A DNA stretch of 30,256 nucleotides from a virus. Its lineage: Duplodnaviria > Heunggongvirae > Uroviricota > Caudoviricetes. Positions 13,679-21,596 of this stretch are shown piece by piece (the first letter of the stretch is position 1; every line of letters starts with the position of its first letter). The notes below the pieces were generated by a model, which was not told the DNA's origin, searched no databases, and saw only the letters and a list, made by a program, of their open reading frames with translations. Location of the stretch: positions 1-30,256 of the IMG/VR virus record IMGVR_UViG_2563366827_000006; one strand, 5' to 3'. A program made the translations under genes and the position numbers.

Positions 13679-14541
13679 AGTATGTCTTTATTGAAAAACA
13701 TCAGGCTGAGTTCAGCATCAAAGCAATGTGCCGCGTGCTCCGGGTGGCCCGCAGCGGCTGGTATACGTGGTGTCAGCGGCGGACAAGGATAAGCACGCGT
13801 CAGCAGTTCCGCCAACACTGCGACAGCGTTGTCCTCGCGGCTTTTACCCGGTCAAAACAGCGTTACGGTGCCCCACGCCTGACGGATGAACTGCGTGCTC
13901 AGGGTTACCCCTTTAACGTAAAAACCGTGGCGGCAAGCCTGCGCCGTCAGGGACTGAGGGCAAAGGCCTCCCGGAAGTTCAGCCCGGTCAGCTACCGCGC
14001 ACACGGCCTGCCTGTGTCAGAAAATCTGTTGGAGCAGGATTTTTACGCCAGTGGCCCGAACCAGAAGTGGGCAGGAGACATCACGTACTTACGTACAGAT
14101 GAAGGCTGGCTGTATCTGGCAGTGGTCATTGACCTGTGGTCACGTGCCGTTATTGGCTGGTCAATGTCGCCACGCATGACGGCGCAACTGGCCTGCGATG
14201 CCCTGCAGATGGCGCTGTGGCGGCGTAAGAGGCCCCGGAACGTTATCGTTCACACGGACCGTGGAGGCCAGTACTGTTCAGCAGATTATCAGGCGCAACT
14301 GAAGCGGCATAATCTGCGTGGAAGTATGAGCGCAAAAGGTTGCTGCTACGATAATGCCTGCGTGGAAAGCTTCTTTCATTCGCTGAAAGTGGAATGTATC
14401 CATGGAGAACACTTTATCAGCCGGGAAATAATGCGGGCAACGGTGTTTAATTATATCGAATGTGATTACAATCGGTGGCGGCGGCACAGTTGGTGTGGCG
14501 GCCTCAGTCCGGAACAATTTGAAAACAAGAACCTCGCTTAG
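13675..14541 (+). CDS. insF: IS3 transposase OrfB (InsF; DDE catalytic domain, normally expressed as OrfAB by -1 frameshift)
   Basis: 288-aa [39 protein letters not shown]… matches IS3 OrfB; overlaps orfA 3' end. Confidence 0.92.
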
Positions 14542-14568
14542 GCCTGTGTCCATATTACGTGGGTAGGA

Positions 14569-15024
14569 TCACGCCTCCTGCTTGTCGCGCAGCAGCTGGA
14601 ACTCGCAGCTCTGCGGAATAGTCAGGTGGCAGCCAATATTCACCGCCCAGGCTTCAACCTTACACAGGAAGACATACATCTCTCCGGTATCAAGATCGGA
14701 GGTATGGCGTAACGACTGGATAGTAGTGATTTCGCCGGTTACGACATCAACCAGGTCCTTGGTTTCATAACCGAGGTATGTGTGTTTGAGAGCATCTTTT
14801 ACCCATGCTGAAGTAGCGAACGATTTCCCCCTGCTGATGAGGTATTCACTGATTTCGCTGTACCACATGTGGCTGAGTGCATTCTGGGAAAGACTGCGTT
14901 TCTCACGCCACGGTTTAAGCACCATGCGAAAGCATTTTCCGTTCTCCAGATAAGGCTGGATCTGCTGGCCGATAGCGGTGAAGTTACCGCGATGCAATTT
15001 GATGCCATCTTGTAGGAGGTTCAC
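14569..15024 (-). CDS. ybcN: YbcN-like protein (DLP12 YbcN family)
   Basis: 151-aa [58 protein letters not shown]… matches remembered YbcN; its TGA stop is formed by the terminal 3 nt of IS3. Confidence 0.8.
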   Translation of the reverse strand: MNLLQDGIKLHRGNFTAIGQQIQPYLENGKCFRMVLKPWREKRSLSQNALSHMWYSEISEYLISRGKSFATSAWVKDALKHTYLGYETKDLVDVVTGEITTIQSLRHTSDLDTGEMYVFLCKVEAWAVNIGCHLTIPQSCEFQLLRDKQEA

Positions 15025-15215
15025 GATTCACCTCCGCAGAGGTCAAACGCTGGATGCAAAAAATCGCAGGTACATTTCTGCATCTGTGAAGGGAGAAGAG
15101 AGTTTGGATTGTATGTGCGCATAAACGTCCCCGTTTAGCGCAGAAGTCACCGGAGTTGTTCAGGCTCCGGTGACTTAATTATGACAAGTTGATTATGGAA
15201 AATCAAAGCTTGTCA

Positions 15216-15761
15216 TCAGAACAACGAATAATTTAAAAACTCTATAATTTCTAAGATTTTTTCACTTATCGCTGGAATGAAACGTGAAGCAAAATAGAGC
15301 CCCAAAAAAACCAATATTGAGTACGAAACCGTGATAGCGACTCTGTATTTTTTCTCGCCTCGCTTCACTCTCTCCCACTCAGTTTTAAGAACACTGGAAC
15401 TATATTCAAAATACTGTCTGACCACATCTGTAATGTTAGATGAGCGATCCATTTTTAAAATGTAATCCTCAATGATTTTCAAAAGCAGAGACTCTTCATT
15501 AGTTAAGTTTTTACTGGATAACCTAAGCTTCACTTTTGCGGAAAGAAAATAAATTTTTCCAGCCACCTCAGGGAGCTTCTCAGGCGGAGTCGTGCGTAAT
15601 TGTAAAAAGTTCTCCATCAATTCGGCTAACTCTTCCCTTAAACCATCTATCCACGCTTGCCGAAACTCAGATGTTTTATTCTCCTTAGTGATAACAAGCC
15701 CCACTCCAGCTGCAGCTGCGGCAATAATTGCGGCGACAACTGAGGCTATCCCTGCATCCAT
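15216..15761 (-). CDS. Hypothetical membrane protein with hydrophobic segments at both termini (unknown function, moron cassette)
   Basis: 181-aa ORF; N-terminal GIASVVAAIIAAAAAGVGLVI and C-terminal AITVSYSILVFLGLYFASRFI hydrophobic stretches; AT-rich coding sequence; no recognised homolog. Confidence 0.55.
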   Translation of the reverse strand: MDAGIASVVAAIIAAAAAGVGLVITKENKTSEFRQAWIDGLREELAELMENFLQLRTTPPEKLPEVAGKIYFLSAKVKLRLSSKNLTNEESLLLKIIEDYILKMDRSSNITDVVRQYFEYSSSVLKTEWERVKRGEKKYRVAITVSYSILVFLGLYFASRFIPAISEKILEIIEFLNYSLF

Positions 15762-15900
15762 AAATTACCCCTCAAAACAATATGAATATGAATATGATTC
15801 GATGTCTTCAGCAATTGAAAACTAAAACTCCCTGTAATGTCACATCTGCCCATGAATGTGTTTTCTTCATACAGCTTTGCTGCAATATCTAAATCAGACA

Positions 15901-16227
15901 TTAGTCAGCGGTTCTCCCGCGCCAGCGTTTGTTACTTTCTGATATTCTTTCTGTATCAACGGATTCAACCTCACCTTCTGAAAACCTAACTGCATTAGCT
16001 TTAGCCATTGCCTTCCTAGCATCTTCTTCCGCCTGGCTAAAATGCACCTTCTTTCTTCCCTTGAAACTACCAACGCGAATTTTGGAAGAGGCCTGCGTCT
16101 TGTACTTGCTAATCCGTAATTGTGCCGCCAAATGGGCTTTTGCCTCGGTGCGGTTCGCTGGCTTCTTCTTTACTAATTCAAGGTCTAAATGGTACTGCTG
16201 CTCAGCTCTTAGTTTCTTCGGTTTCAT
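15901..16227 (-). CDS. Hypothetical small basic protein (Lys/Arg-rich; unknown function, moron cassette)
   Basis: ORF 15901-16245 begins with TTG; first ATG at 16227 gives MKPKKLRAEQQYHLDLELVKKKPANRTEAKAH… (108 aa); same strand and cassette as neighbours. Confidence 0.5.
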   Translation of the reverse strand: MKPKKLRAEQQYHLDLELVKKKPANRTEAKAHLAAQLRISKYKTQASSKIRVGSFKGRKKVHFSQAEEDARKAMAKANAVRFSEGEVESVDTERISESNKRWRGRTAD

Positions 16228-16598
16228 AATATCACTCTCAAACAAAGTCCATTTATCATAGAATAAAAGCCCTCTAAGAGCTTTGATTTGTATCTATGCT
16301 AATTCCCGTCAATTTGTTCTTCATTTTACCTCCAGCTGTTGTGCTGCTGCAGTGGCATTCAATAGTTTTCCTTCTAAGCATCCTACAAAATCGGTGACGA
16401 GTCATGACCAGTTCACGTAGTGCAATGAAATTACTGCAATCTATTATGACGCAAATGCGTCAATACTCGAATCAACTGATCATCCTGCCACGACTGAAAT
16501 CTCAAATAGGCCGTTTCTCAAGTAAGAGATTTTGAATGCATTATTGGCTACTGAAATAAAAAACCCAGCGCCAACTGGGTTCATATGAAATTTTTTTG

Positions 16599-17093
16599 TC
16601 ATTTCCAATTGCAAGACTGTGAAATTTTTTCCACAACCTTATCAATCTCAGACAAGTCAAACTCAACTACTTGCATAGTTGATCCATAAGGTTCAAACCC
16701 AAAAATAGCTTTTTTATGCTTAGCCAAGGTCTTTATAAATTGTATTGGTTGTGGAGCAAATGCAGAATCACCGCCTTCCCCACCTCCCCAAACACTCTTG
16801 ACCGGCTTTCCGCCATCTAACCGCACTGTAATCCTTGGGTTGTCCGAACCCATATAATCATTGAATGATAAATAGGCATCTGTTTTGTTATCACTACAAC
16901 GCAACACCAGTGAAGTTGCACGATCAGTACCTGCTTTGTTATATGAATCTGGTGATAAATTAAGAGCCACAAAGTCAGTCTGGTCAGTCATTTTATTTAT
17001 CTCAGACTTTGTTATCCACGGCCCTAACTTCTCTACACCAGCATTTGCTGTAAACGAGGCACTTATGACAAAGGCTAAAATAAATTTTCTCAT
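16599..17093 (-). CDS. Hypothetical secreted or periplasmic protein with signal peptide (unknown function, moron cassette)
   Basis: 164-aa ORF MRKFILAFVISASFTANA|GVEKL… has a typical Sec signal peptide with ANA cleavage motif; strong RBS AAGGAG 8 nt upstream; AT-rich. Confidence 0.65.
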   Translation of the reverse strand: MRKFILAFVISASFTANAGVEKLGPWITKSEINKMTDQTDFVALNLSPDSYNKAGTDRATSLVLRCSDNKTDAYLSFNDYMGSDNPRITVRLDGGKPVKSVWGGGEGGDSAFAPQPIQFIKTLAKHKKAIFGFEPYGSTMQVVEFDLSEIDKVVEKISQSCNWK

Positions 17094-17239
17094 AACCCTA
17101 TCTCCTTGGATTTAAAGAACTAAATATTATCAAGTCTCTTGCCACTAGAAAACCCACTTTATTTCCAAACTCTGACGGCATTCCTGAAAATCCGCTTCAT
17201 ACTCACTTGCCCCGCCCTATCATCCTGAGTAGCTAACCG

Positions 17240-17413
17240 TTAAACAAACGTTCGCCAGACCTTACCATCAATGACCAGGATTCCTGCCCGCGCCATTTTT
17301 GCCGCAGCCTGATTTATGCTGGTTAATGTCACACCTGTTGTCGCAGCAACGTCCGGCGCACAGAAGCTCTTGTGCGTCTCCAGATAATGAATAATTGCCT
17401 CTTTGCCCGTCAT
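17240..17413 (-). pseudogene. ren: Truncated ren (first ~52 codons homologous to lambda Ren, then divergent and prematurely terminated at 57 aa)
   Basis: Minus-strand translation from ATG 17413 (ATGA overlap with P stop): MTGKEAIIHYLETHKSFCAPDVAATTGVTLTSINQAAAKMARAGILVIDGKVWRTFV*; lambda Ren is 96 aa. Confidence 0.7.
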
Positions 17414-18111
17414 ACAGTTGCTCCTTTCAGTCCGAACTTCGCTTTGATTTCTGCGATCTTCGCCAGAGCCTGTGCACGATTTAGAGGTCTACCGCCCATG
17501 ACAGGAAGTTGTTTTACTGGTTCAGGTATCGCCTCACCACGGTTAATTCGCGCGGTCATACAAGTCAGTTCATCGGCAGCCTTGCGCCGTAATTCCGCAT
17601 CAGTCAGCGCATTGGCCCGCATGTTCTGATACAGGTTGGTAACCAACCAGTAGTGCGCGTTTGATTTCCATGGATAAGACTCTGCATCCGGATACAGGCC
17701 ACGCTTCCGGCAATACTCGTAAACCATATCAACCAGCTCGCTGGCGTTTGGCAGCCCGGCAGTAACGGATGCTTCTTCCCGGCACCAGGCAACAAACTGC
17801 CCGGGTGATGGCAGGAATGGTCGATTCTGCCGACGGGCTACGCGCATTCCTGCGTTAACCTGTTCCATTGTGGTGATCCCGTTTTCCCGGAAAGCCAGAA
17901 CCCACTGGCGGCGGATTTCGTTCAGTTCGTTCTGGTCCCGGTTAGCCAGGCTCGCCGGGAAAGTTGCCAGTAACTGGCTGAACACACCATTGATGATCTG
18001 CGCTACCTGCTGTACCTGCGGCTTTTCGTCGTACTGTTCCGGCATGTTGTTGGCGATCCGACGCATCTGCTCACGGTCAAAGTTAATCATCTGTGCGGCG
18101 ATGTTTTTCAT
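17410..18111 (-). CDS. P: Replication protein P (DnaB helicase loader)
   Basis: 233-aa ORF MKNIAAQMINFDREQMRRIANNMPEQYDEKPQVQQVAQIINGVF… matches lambda P in length and sequence. Confidence 0.95.
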   Translation of the reverse strand: MKNIAAQMINFDREQMRRIANNMPEQYDEKPQVQQVAQIINGVFSQLLATFPASLANRDQNELNEIRRQWVLAFRENGITTMEQVNAGMRVARRQNRPFLPSPGQFVAWCREEASVTAGLPNASELVDMVYEYCRKRGLYPDAESYPWKSNAHYWLVTNLYQNMRANALTDAELRRKAADELTCMTARINRGEAIPEPVKQLPVMGGRPLNRAQALAKIAEIKAKFGLKGATV

Positions 18112-19037
18112 AGATCCACCCCGTAAATCCAGTCTGTGTTTGTCAGGTCGAGTTTTGGTTTGCTAGCTGTCACGCCTGCCTGTTGCTTGTTACGGTTGAT
18201 TTCGAGTTGGGTCCACTTGTCGCGGAGTTTGGCCGGACTTAGCACGTTACCGGACCAGAAGTTGTCCTGGCATGCCCAGCGGAACAGCACGCACATGTCG
18301 CGGTGGTTACGTCCGTCACGTTCACGCATCAGGCGGATATCGTTAGCCCACCCTGCAAAATTCGGTTTTCTGGCTGATGGCGCGATGGTCTTCACCATGT
18401 CAAACATCCACTCTGCGGCGGTCAGGTCTTCTGCTGTCCCCCACCTGCTGCCGCTCTGAATTGCAGCATCTGGTTTCTCCACAGGAAGGGCATTTTCTGG
18501 CTGGTCAGAGGATTCGCCAGAATTCTCGGACGAAAAAGGTTTTATATTGTCTTTTGTTAGTTTGTCTTTTGTGTTTACCTGATTCGGGTAAATGCCTTTA
18601 CCTGATTTGGGTAAGCTTTTCTTACCTGATTCAGGTAAATTTACCTCTTTCAGGTAAACTTTATTTTTCTTACCCGATTCGGGTAATGTTGACCATTCAC
18701 TGACCACATTATTGATGCCGATATTCCGCCCGCTCTGAATAAGAATCCCACGCTTTACCAGAACGCTTTTTGCAGCAGAACACTTGTGCGGCAATATCCC
18801 GGTCAATTCGGAAAGTTGCTCGTTGCTCACCCAATCCAGTTTTTTATTAAAGCCATATGTTTTGCGCATGACAGCCAGGAAGACCAGAAGCTGGTGCTGT
18901 GTTAATCCGGCCAGCATTACAGCTTCCAGCAACTCATTTGCAATGCGCGTATAACCATCATCGAGATCTGCCACGCGCGGCTCCTTTTGTGCCACATCCG
19001 GCACTGGAAAATTGAATATCTCAGCAGTGTTTGCCAT
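18108..19037 (-). CDS. O: Replication initiator O (lambda-type C-terminal domain, variant N-terminal/iteron-binding region)
   Basis: ORF 18108-19127 contains MANTAEIFNF…VADLDDGYTRIANELLEA… and a C-terminal half matching lambda O (…YPNQVNTKDKLTKDNIKPFSSENSGESSDQPEN…TNTDWIYGVDL); start at ATG 19037 preceded by GGAGG. Confidence 0.9.
   Translation of the reverse strand: MANTAEIFNFPVPDVAQKEPRVADLDDGYTRIANELLEAVMLAGLTQHQLLVFLAVMRKTYGFNKKLDWVSNEQLSELTGILPHKCSAAKSVLVKRGILIQSGRNIGINNVVSEWSTLPESGKKNKVYLKEVNLPESGKKSLPKSGKGIYPNQVNTKDKLTKDNIKPFSSENSGESSDQPENALPVEKPDAAIQSGSRWGTAEDLTAAEWMFDMVKTIAPSARKPNFAGWANDIRLMRERDGRNHRDMCVLFRWACQDNFWSGNVLSPAKLRDKWTQLEINRNKQQAGVTASKPKLDLTNTDWIYGVDL
18575..18688 (-). 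repeat. ori: ori iterons inside O: about five direct repeats of an ~18-19-bp unit (TTACCTGATTCGGGTAAA and variants), flanked by an AT-rich stretch at 18541-18570
   Basis: Repeats start near 18575, 18597, 18621, 18640 and 18670; each unit has internal dyad symmetry (TTACC…GGTAA); this is the position of ori-lambda within O. Confidence 0.8.
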
Positions 19038-19123
19038 AATTCCTCCCGCAATGAGTGTGTTACGATTTGCACCTGAAAGTCGGTTCTGTTCGCGCAGACC
19101 GGCTTTTGCCATTTCTGAACCTG

Positions 19124-19669
19124 TCATATTGCCCCCAGCATGGTGGTGACCATCGCCATCAATGGACCAGCCAGGTCCGGGTCCACACGAAACATCGACA
19201 CAATGCCTTCACTCATCTCCTTCAGTTTCTGGTGGCGTGGTGCGTTGAGAATGACAGCCTGTTTTGCCTCACTGAGTTCCTTTTCCATTTCAGCCAGCCG
19301 AGCCATGAAGCTATCCTGCTCAACCAAGTGGCCGCGATATTCCAGCGGTAGTACCGCCAGAATTGCCGGGGTCAATTCACGCACGTTATTTCGGTATTTT
19401 TCAGAATCGAATTTGTTATCGAGGAAGCGGAACAGCTTCTGGCGTGCACGGCTGACATCATCAGGGAAATCGATGGTGCCGCCGCCCTGTGCTCGATACT
19501 CATTCACAATGAGTGCGGCAACGACATCCTGATTATCTTCAGCCGACCAGGCGCGGACGGCATCACGGATTTTTTCGTGGCCTGGCACCTGTTTTGTTTG
19601 AGAACGATTTATCACCGCTGTCGGGCTAAATCCGCTAGTCTGTTGGTATGTAAGTGGTTGCATAGTCAT
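19124..19669 (-). CDS. YdaT-family protein occupying the cII position (putative CII-like lysogeny regulator)
   Basis: 181-aa ORF; segment …VNEYRAQGGGTIDFPDD…LTPAILAVLPLEYRGHL… resembles remembered Rac YdaT; sits between cro-like gene and O. Confidence 0.55.
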   Translation of the reverse strand: MTMQPLTYQQTSGFSPTAVINRSQTKQVPGHEKIRDAVRAWSAEDNQDVVAALIVNEYRAQGGGTIDFPDDVSRARQKLFRFLDNKFDSEKYRNNVRELTPAILAVLPLEYRGHLVEQDSFMARLAEMEKELSEAKQAVILNAPRHQKLKEMSEGIVSMFRVDPDLAGPLMAMVTTMLGAI

Positions 19670-19693
19670 TGCCTTATCAGTTAACGCCGCAGT

Positions 19694-19921
19694 TTAGGCG
19701 GCAGAATTACTCGCGTTAAACAATGGTGCGAGGTCGGGACGAATATCTGCTGGTTTAATCTTTCCACCAGTGGCTGAGACAATTTTCATTACATAGCGGG
19801 CATCAATTCCGCCACCGTGTAGCCAACGCCAAACAGTGGGTTGGGCTACACCGCATAGATCTGCCAGTCGTTTTTGACTACCTGTAATACTGATTGCGAG
19901 TTGAATGGTTTGATTTGTCAT
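19694..19921 (-). CDS. Cro-like HTH repressor (YdaS/Cro family)
   Basis: ORF 19694-19927 begins with TTG; ATG at 19921 with AGGA RBS gives 75 aa MTNQTIQLAISITGSQKRLADLCGVAQPTVWRWLHGGG…; HTH motif; divergent from CI-like gene. Confidence 0.75.
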   Translation of the reverse strand: MTNQTIQLAISITGSQKRLADLCGVAQPTVWRWLHGGGIDARYVMKIVSATGGKIKPADIRPDLAPLFNASNSAA

Positions 19922-20031
19922 TATCAATTCCTATTGGTATTGCAATGAACAGATAATAGCAATGCGTATTAACCCATTCAATAGCAAAACGTGTTTTGAC
20001 CATCAATACGCAAGCGTATAAATTAAAACTT
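19922..20031. promoter_or_regulatory. Immunity control region between divergent cro-like and cI-like genes (expected pR/pRM and oR operators)
   Basis: 110-bp AT-rich intergenic region with repeated AATAGCAA(T/A) motifs (~19955-19965, ~19981-19989) and inverted repeat TACGCAAGCGTA at 20007-20018. Confidence 0.6.
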
Positions 20032-20724
20032 ATGAAAAAAGAAACTCTTGCTGATCGCTTAAACCTAGCGATGGAACAATCTGGAATGTCTCAAGGCGCT
20101 CTTGCAAAGGCGTCTGGCGTAGCTCAACCCACAATCTGGAGACTGACAAGCGGCAACGCGCGCGGCTCAACAAAAATTGTTGAAATAGCTAATGCATTGG
20201 GTGTTCGAACAGAGTGGCTCTCATCAGGCATAGGCCCGATGAGAAATGACGGTCAACAATCAGGAAAGCCTGCTGTCAACCATTCCAAATACTTCAAGAT
20301 TGACGTTCTTGATATAGAAGTCAGTGCTGGGCCGGGTGTCATCAACCGTGAGTTTGTAGAAGTCCTACGCTCGGTTGAGTACTCGTTTGACGATGCTCGT
20401 CACATGTTCGATGGCAGGAAGGCAGAAAATATCCGCATCATTAACGTACGCGGTGACAGCATGTCAGGAACGATCGAACCAGGTGATCTTTTGTTCGTTG
20501 ATATCACTGTTAAATCTTTCGACGGTGATGGTATCTATGCGTTTCTGTACGACGACACAGCCCATGTAAAGCGCCTGCAAATGATGAAGGATAAGCTGCT
20601 GGTTATCTCTGATAACAAGAGCTACTCACCGTGGGACCCGATCGAGAAAGACGAGATGAACCGGGTGTTTATCTTCGGTAAGGTTATTGGGAGCATGCCG
20701 CAGACATATAGGAAGCATGGTTAA
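20032..20724 (+). CDS. CI-like prophage repressor (N-terminal XRE-type HTH, C-terminal LexA-like S24 autopeptidase domain)
   Basis: ORF 19996-20724 begins with TTG; ATG at 20032 gives MKKETLADRLNLAMEQSGMSQGALAKASGVAQPTIWRL…; Ala-Gly site in EVSAGPG, Ser in RGDSMSGT and Lys in HVKRL form the S24 motifs. Confidence 0.88.
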   Translation: MKKETLADRLNLAMEQSGMSQGALAKASGVAQPTIWRLTSGNARGSTKIVEIANALGVRTEWLSSGIGPMRNDGQQSGKPAVNHSKYFKIDVLDIEVSAGPGVINREFVEVLRSVEYSFDDARHMFDGRKAENIRIINVRGDSMSGTIEPGDLLFVDITVKSFDGDGIYAFLYDDTAHVKRLQMMKDKLLVISDNKSYSPWDPIEKDEMNRVFIFGKVIGSMPQTYRKHG

Positions 20725-20846
20725 AGTGAGGCTAAAAAACAGTTACAGCAATAGGCCTGTTGTTTTTCTTTAAACACGCAGTGTTAAACCGCTCTTTGAG
20801 ATGCGGAGTAATGAGATGGAAGACTTGAATCACATAAGGGTTAGTG

Positions 20847-21596
20847 ATGGAGTGCGTAGCGAGCAGCAATAGTGCAATACCTAATGTCGTTGAGGTAATA
20901 CGTCGCATCAATGAAGGTTCCACTCAGCCATTTCTTTGCAAATGTGATGATGGGCAGTTGTATGTTTTGAAGTCAAAACCATCAATGCCCCCGAAAAATC
21001 TCTTAGCTGAGTTCATTTCGGCGTGTTTGGCTAATGATATCGGCCTTCCTTTACCTGACTTTAAAATCGTATTTGTGCCAGAGGAACTTATAGAGTACTC
21101 ACCTGATCTGCAGCAACAAATTTGTACAGGATATGCCTTTGCTTCATTGTTCATTGACGGTGCAATAGCGTTAACGTTTACGCAGTCAAGAAACGAAACG
21201 ATCATCCCAGTCGAACAGCAAAAATTAATCTATGTTTTTGATAAATGGATATTAAATGCAGACAGAACGCTTACTGACAAAGGTGGAAACGTTAACATCC
21301 TTTATGACATCAGTAACGATAAGTATTATCTGATTGACCATAATCTCTCATTTGATCAGAATGCTGGACCTGAAGATTTTTCTGTGCACGTGTACGGCCC
21401 TGGTAACCGCAAATGGCAATATGATTTAGTGGATCGCGTAGAGTACCGCCAGAGGGTCGTTAACAGTTTACACAAGCTTCCTGCTATCCTTGACGAAATT
21501 CCAGAAGAGTGGATAGTAGATGAGGAGTTTTTACCTTTTGTCTGCACTACGCTAGACAAAGGTGATTGTGATGAATTTTGGAGCGCAATAGAATGA
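20847..21596 (+). CDS. Hypothetical protein with HipA-like atypical kinase-fold motifs (gene 1 of two-gene cassette in rexAB position)
   Basis: ~249 aa from ATG 20847 (AAGGG RBS at 20836-20840; ORF track starts 20844); motif YVFDKWILNADRTLTDKGGNVNIL…YLIDHNLSF resembles HipA-type catalytic loop; kinase assignment is pattern-based, not searched. Confidence 0.55.
   Translation: MECVASSNSAIPNVVEVIRRINEGSTQPFLCKCDDGQLYVLKSKPSMPPKNLLAEFISACLANDIGLPLPDFKIVFVPEELIEYSPDLQQQICTGYAFASLFIDGAIALTFTQSRNETIIPVEQQKLIYVFDKWILNADRTLTDKGGNVNILYDISNDKYYLIDHNLSFDQNAGPEDFSVHVYGPGNRKWQYDLVDRVEYRQRVVNSLHKLPAILDEIPEEWIVDEEFLPFVCTTLDKGDCDEFWSAIE

Larger units (their letters stand above)
13314..14571 (+). mobile_element. 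IS3: IS3 insertion sequence, complete (1258 bp), terminal inverted repeats TGATCTTACCCAGC… / …GGGTAGGATCA
   Basis: Ends match remembered IS3 termini; contains overlapping orfA/orfB with frameshift arrangement; 1258 bp is the canonical IS3 length. Confidence 0.93.

Noticed and set aside
13309-14574. Perfect 3-bp target-site duplication flanking IS3
   Set aside because: Flanking triplets read CTC (13311-13313) and CGC (14572-14574); they differ at one position, so a clean TSD cannot be asserted.
18575-18688. Tandem repeats that could be mistaken for a small CRISPR-like array
   Set aside because: Units are ~18-19 bp with dyad symmetry, lack unique spacers, and sit inside the O gene at the ori position; they are replication iterons.
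20732-20923. 63-aa minus-strand ORF overlapping the start of the kinase-like gene
   Set aside because: Antisense to the cassette's 5' end and intergenic promoter region; no RBS; hydrophobic low-complexity translation.
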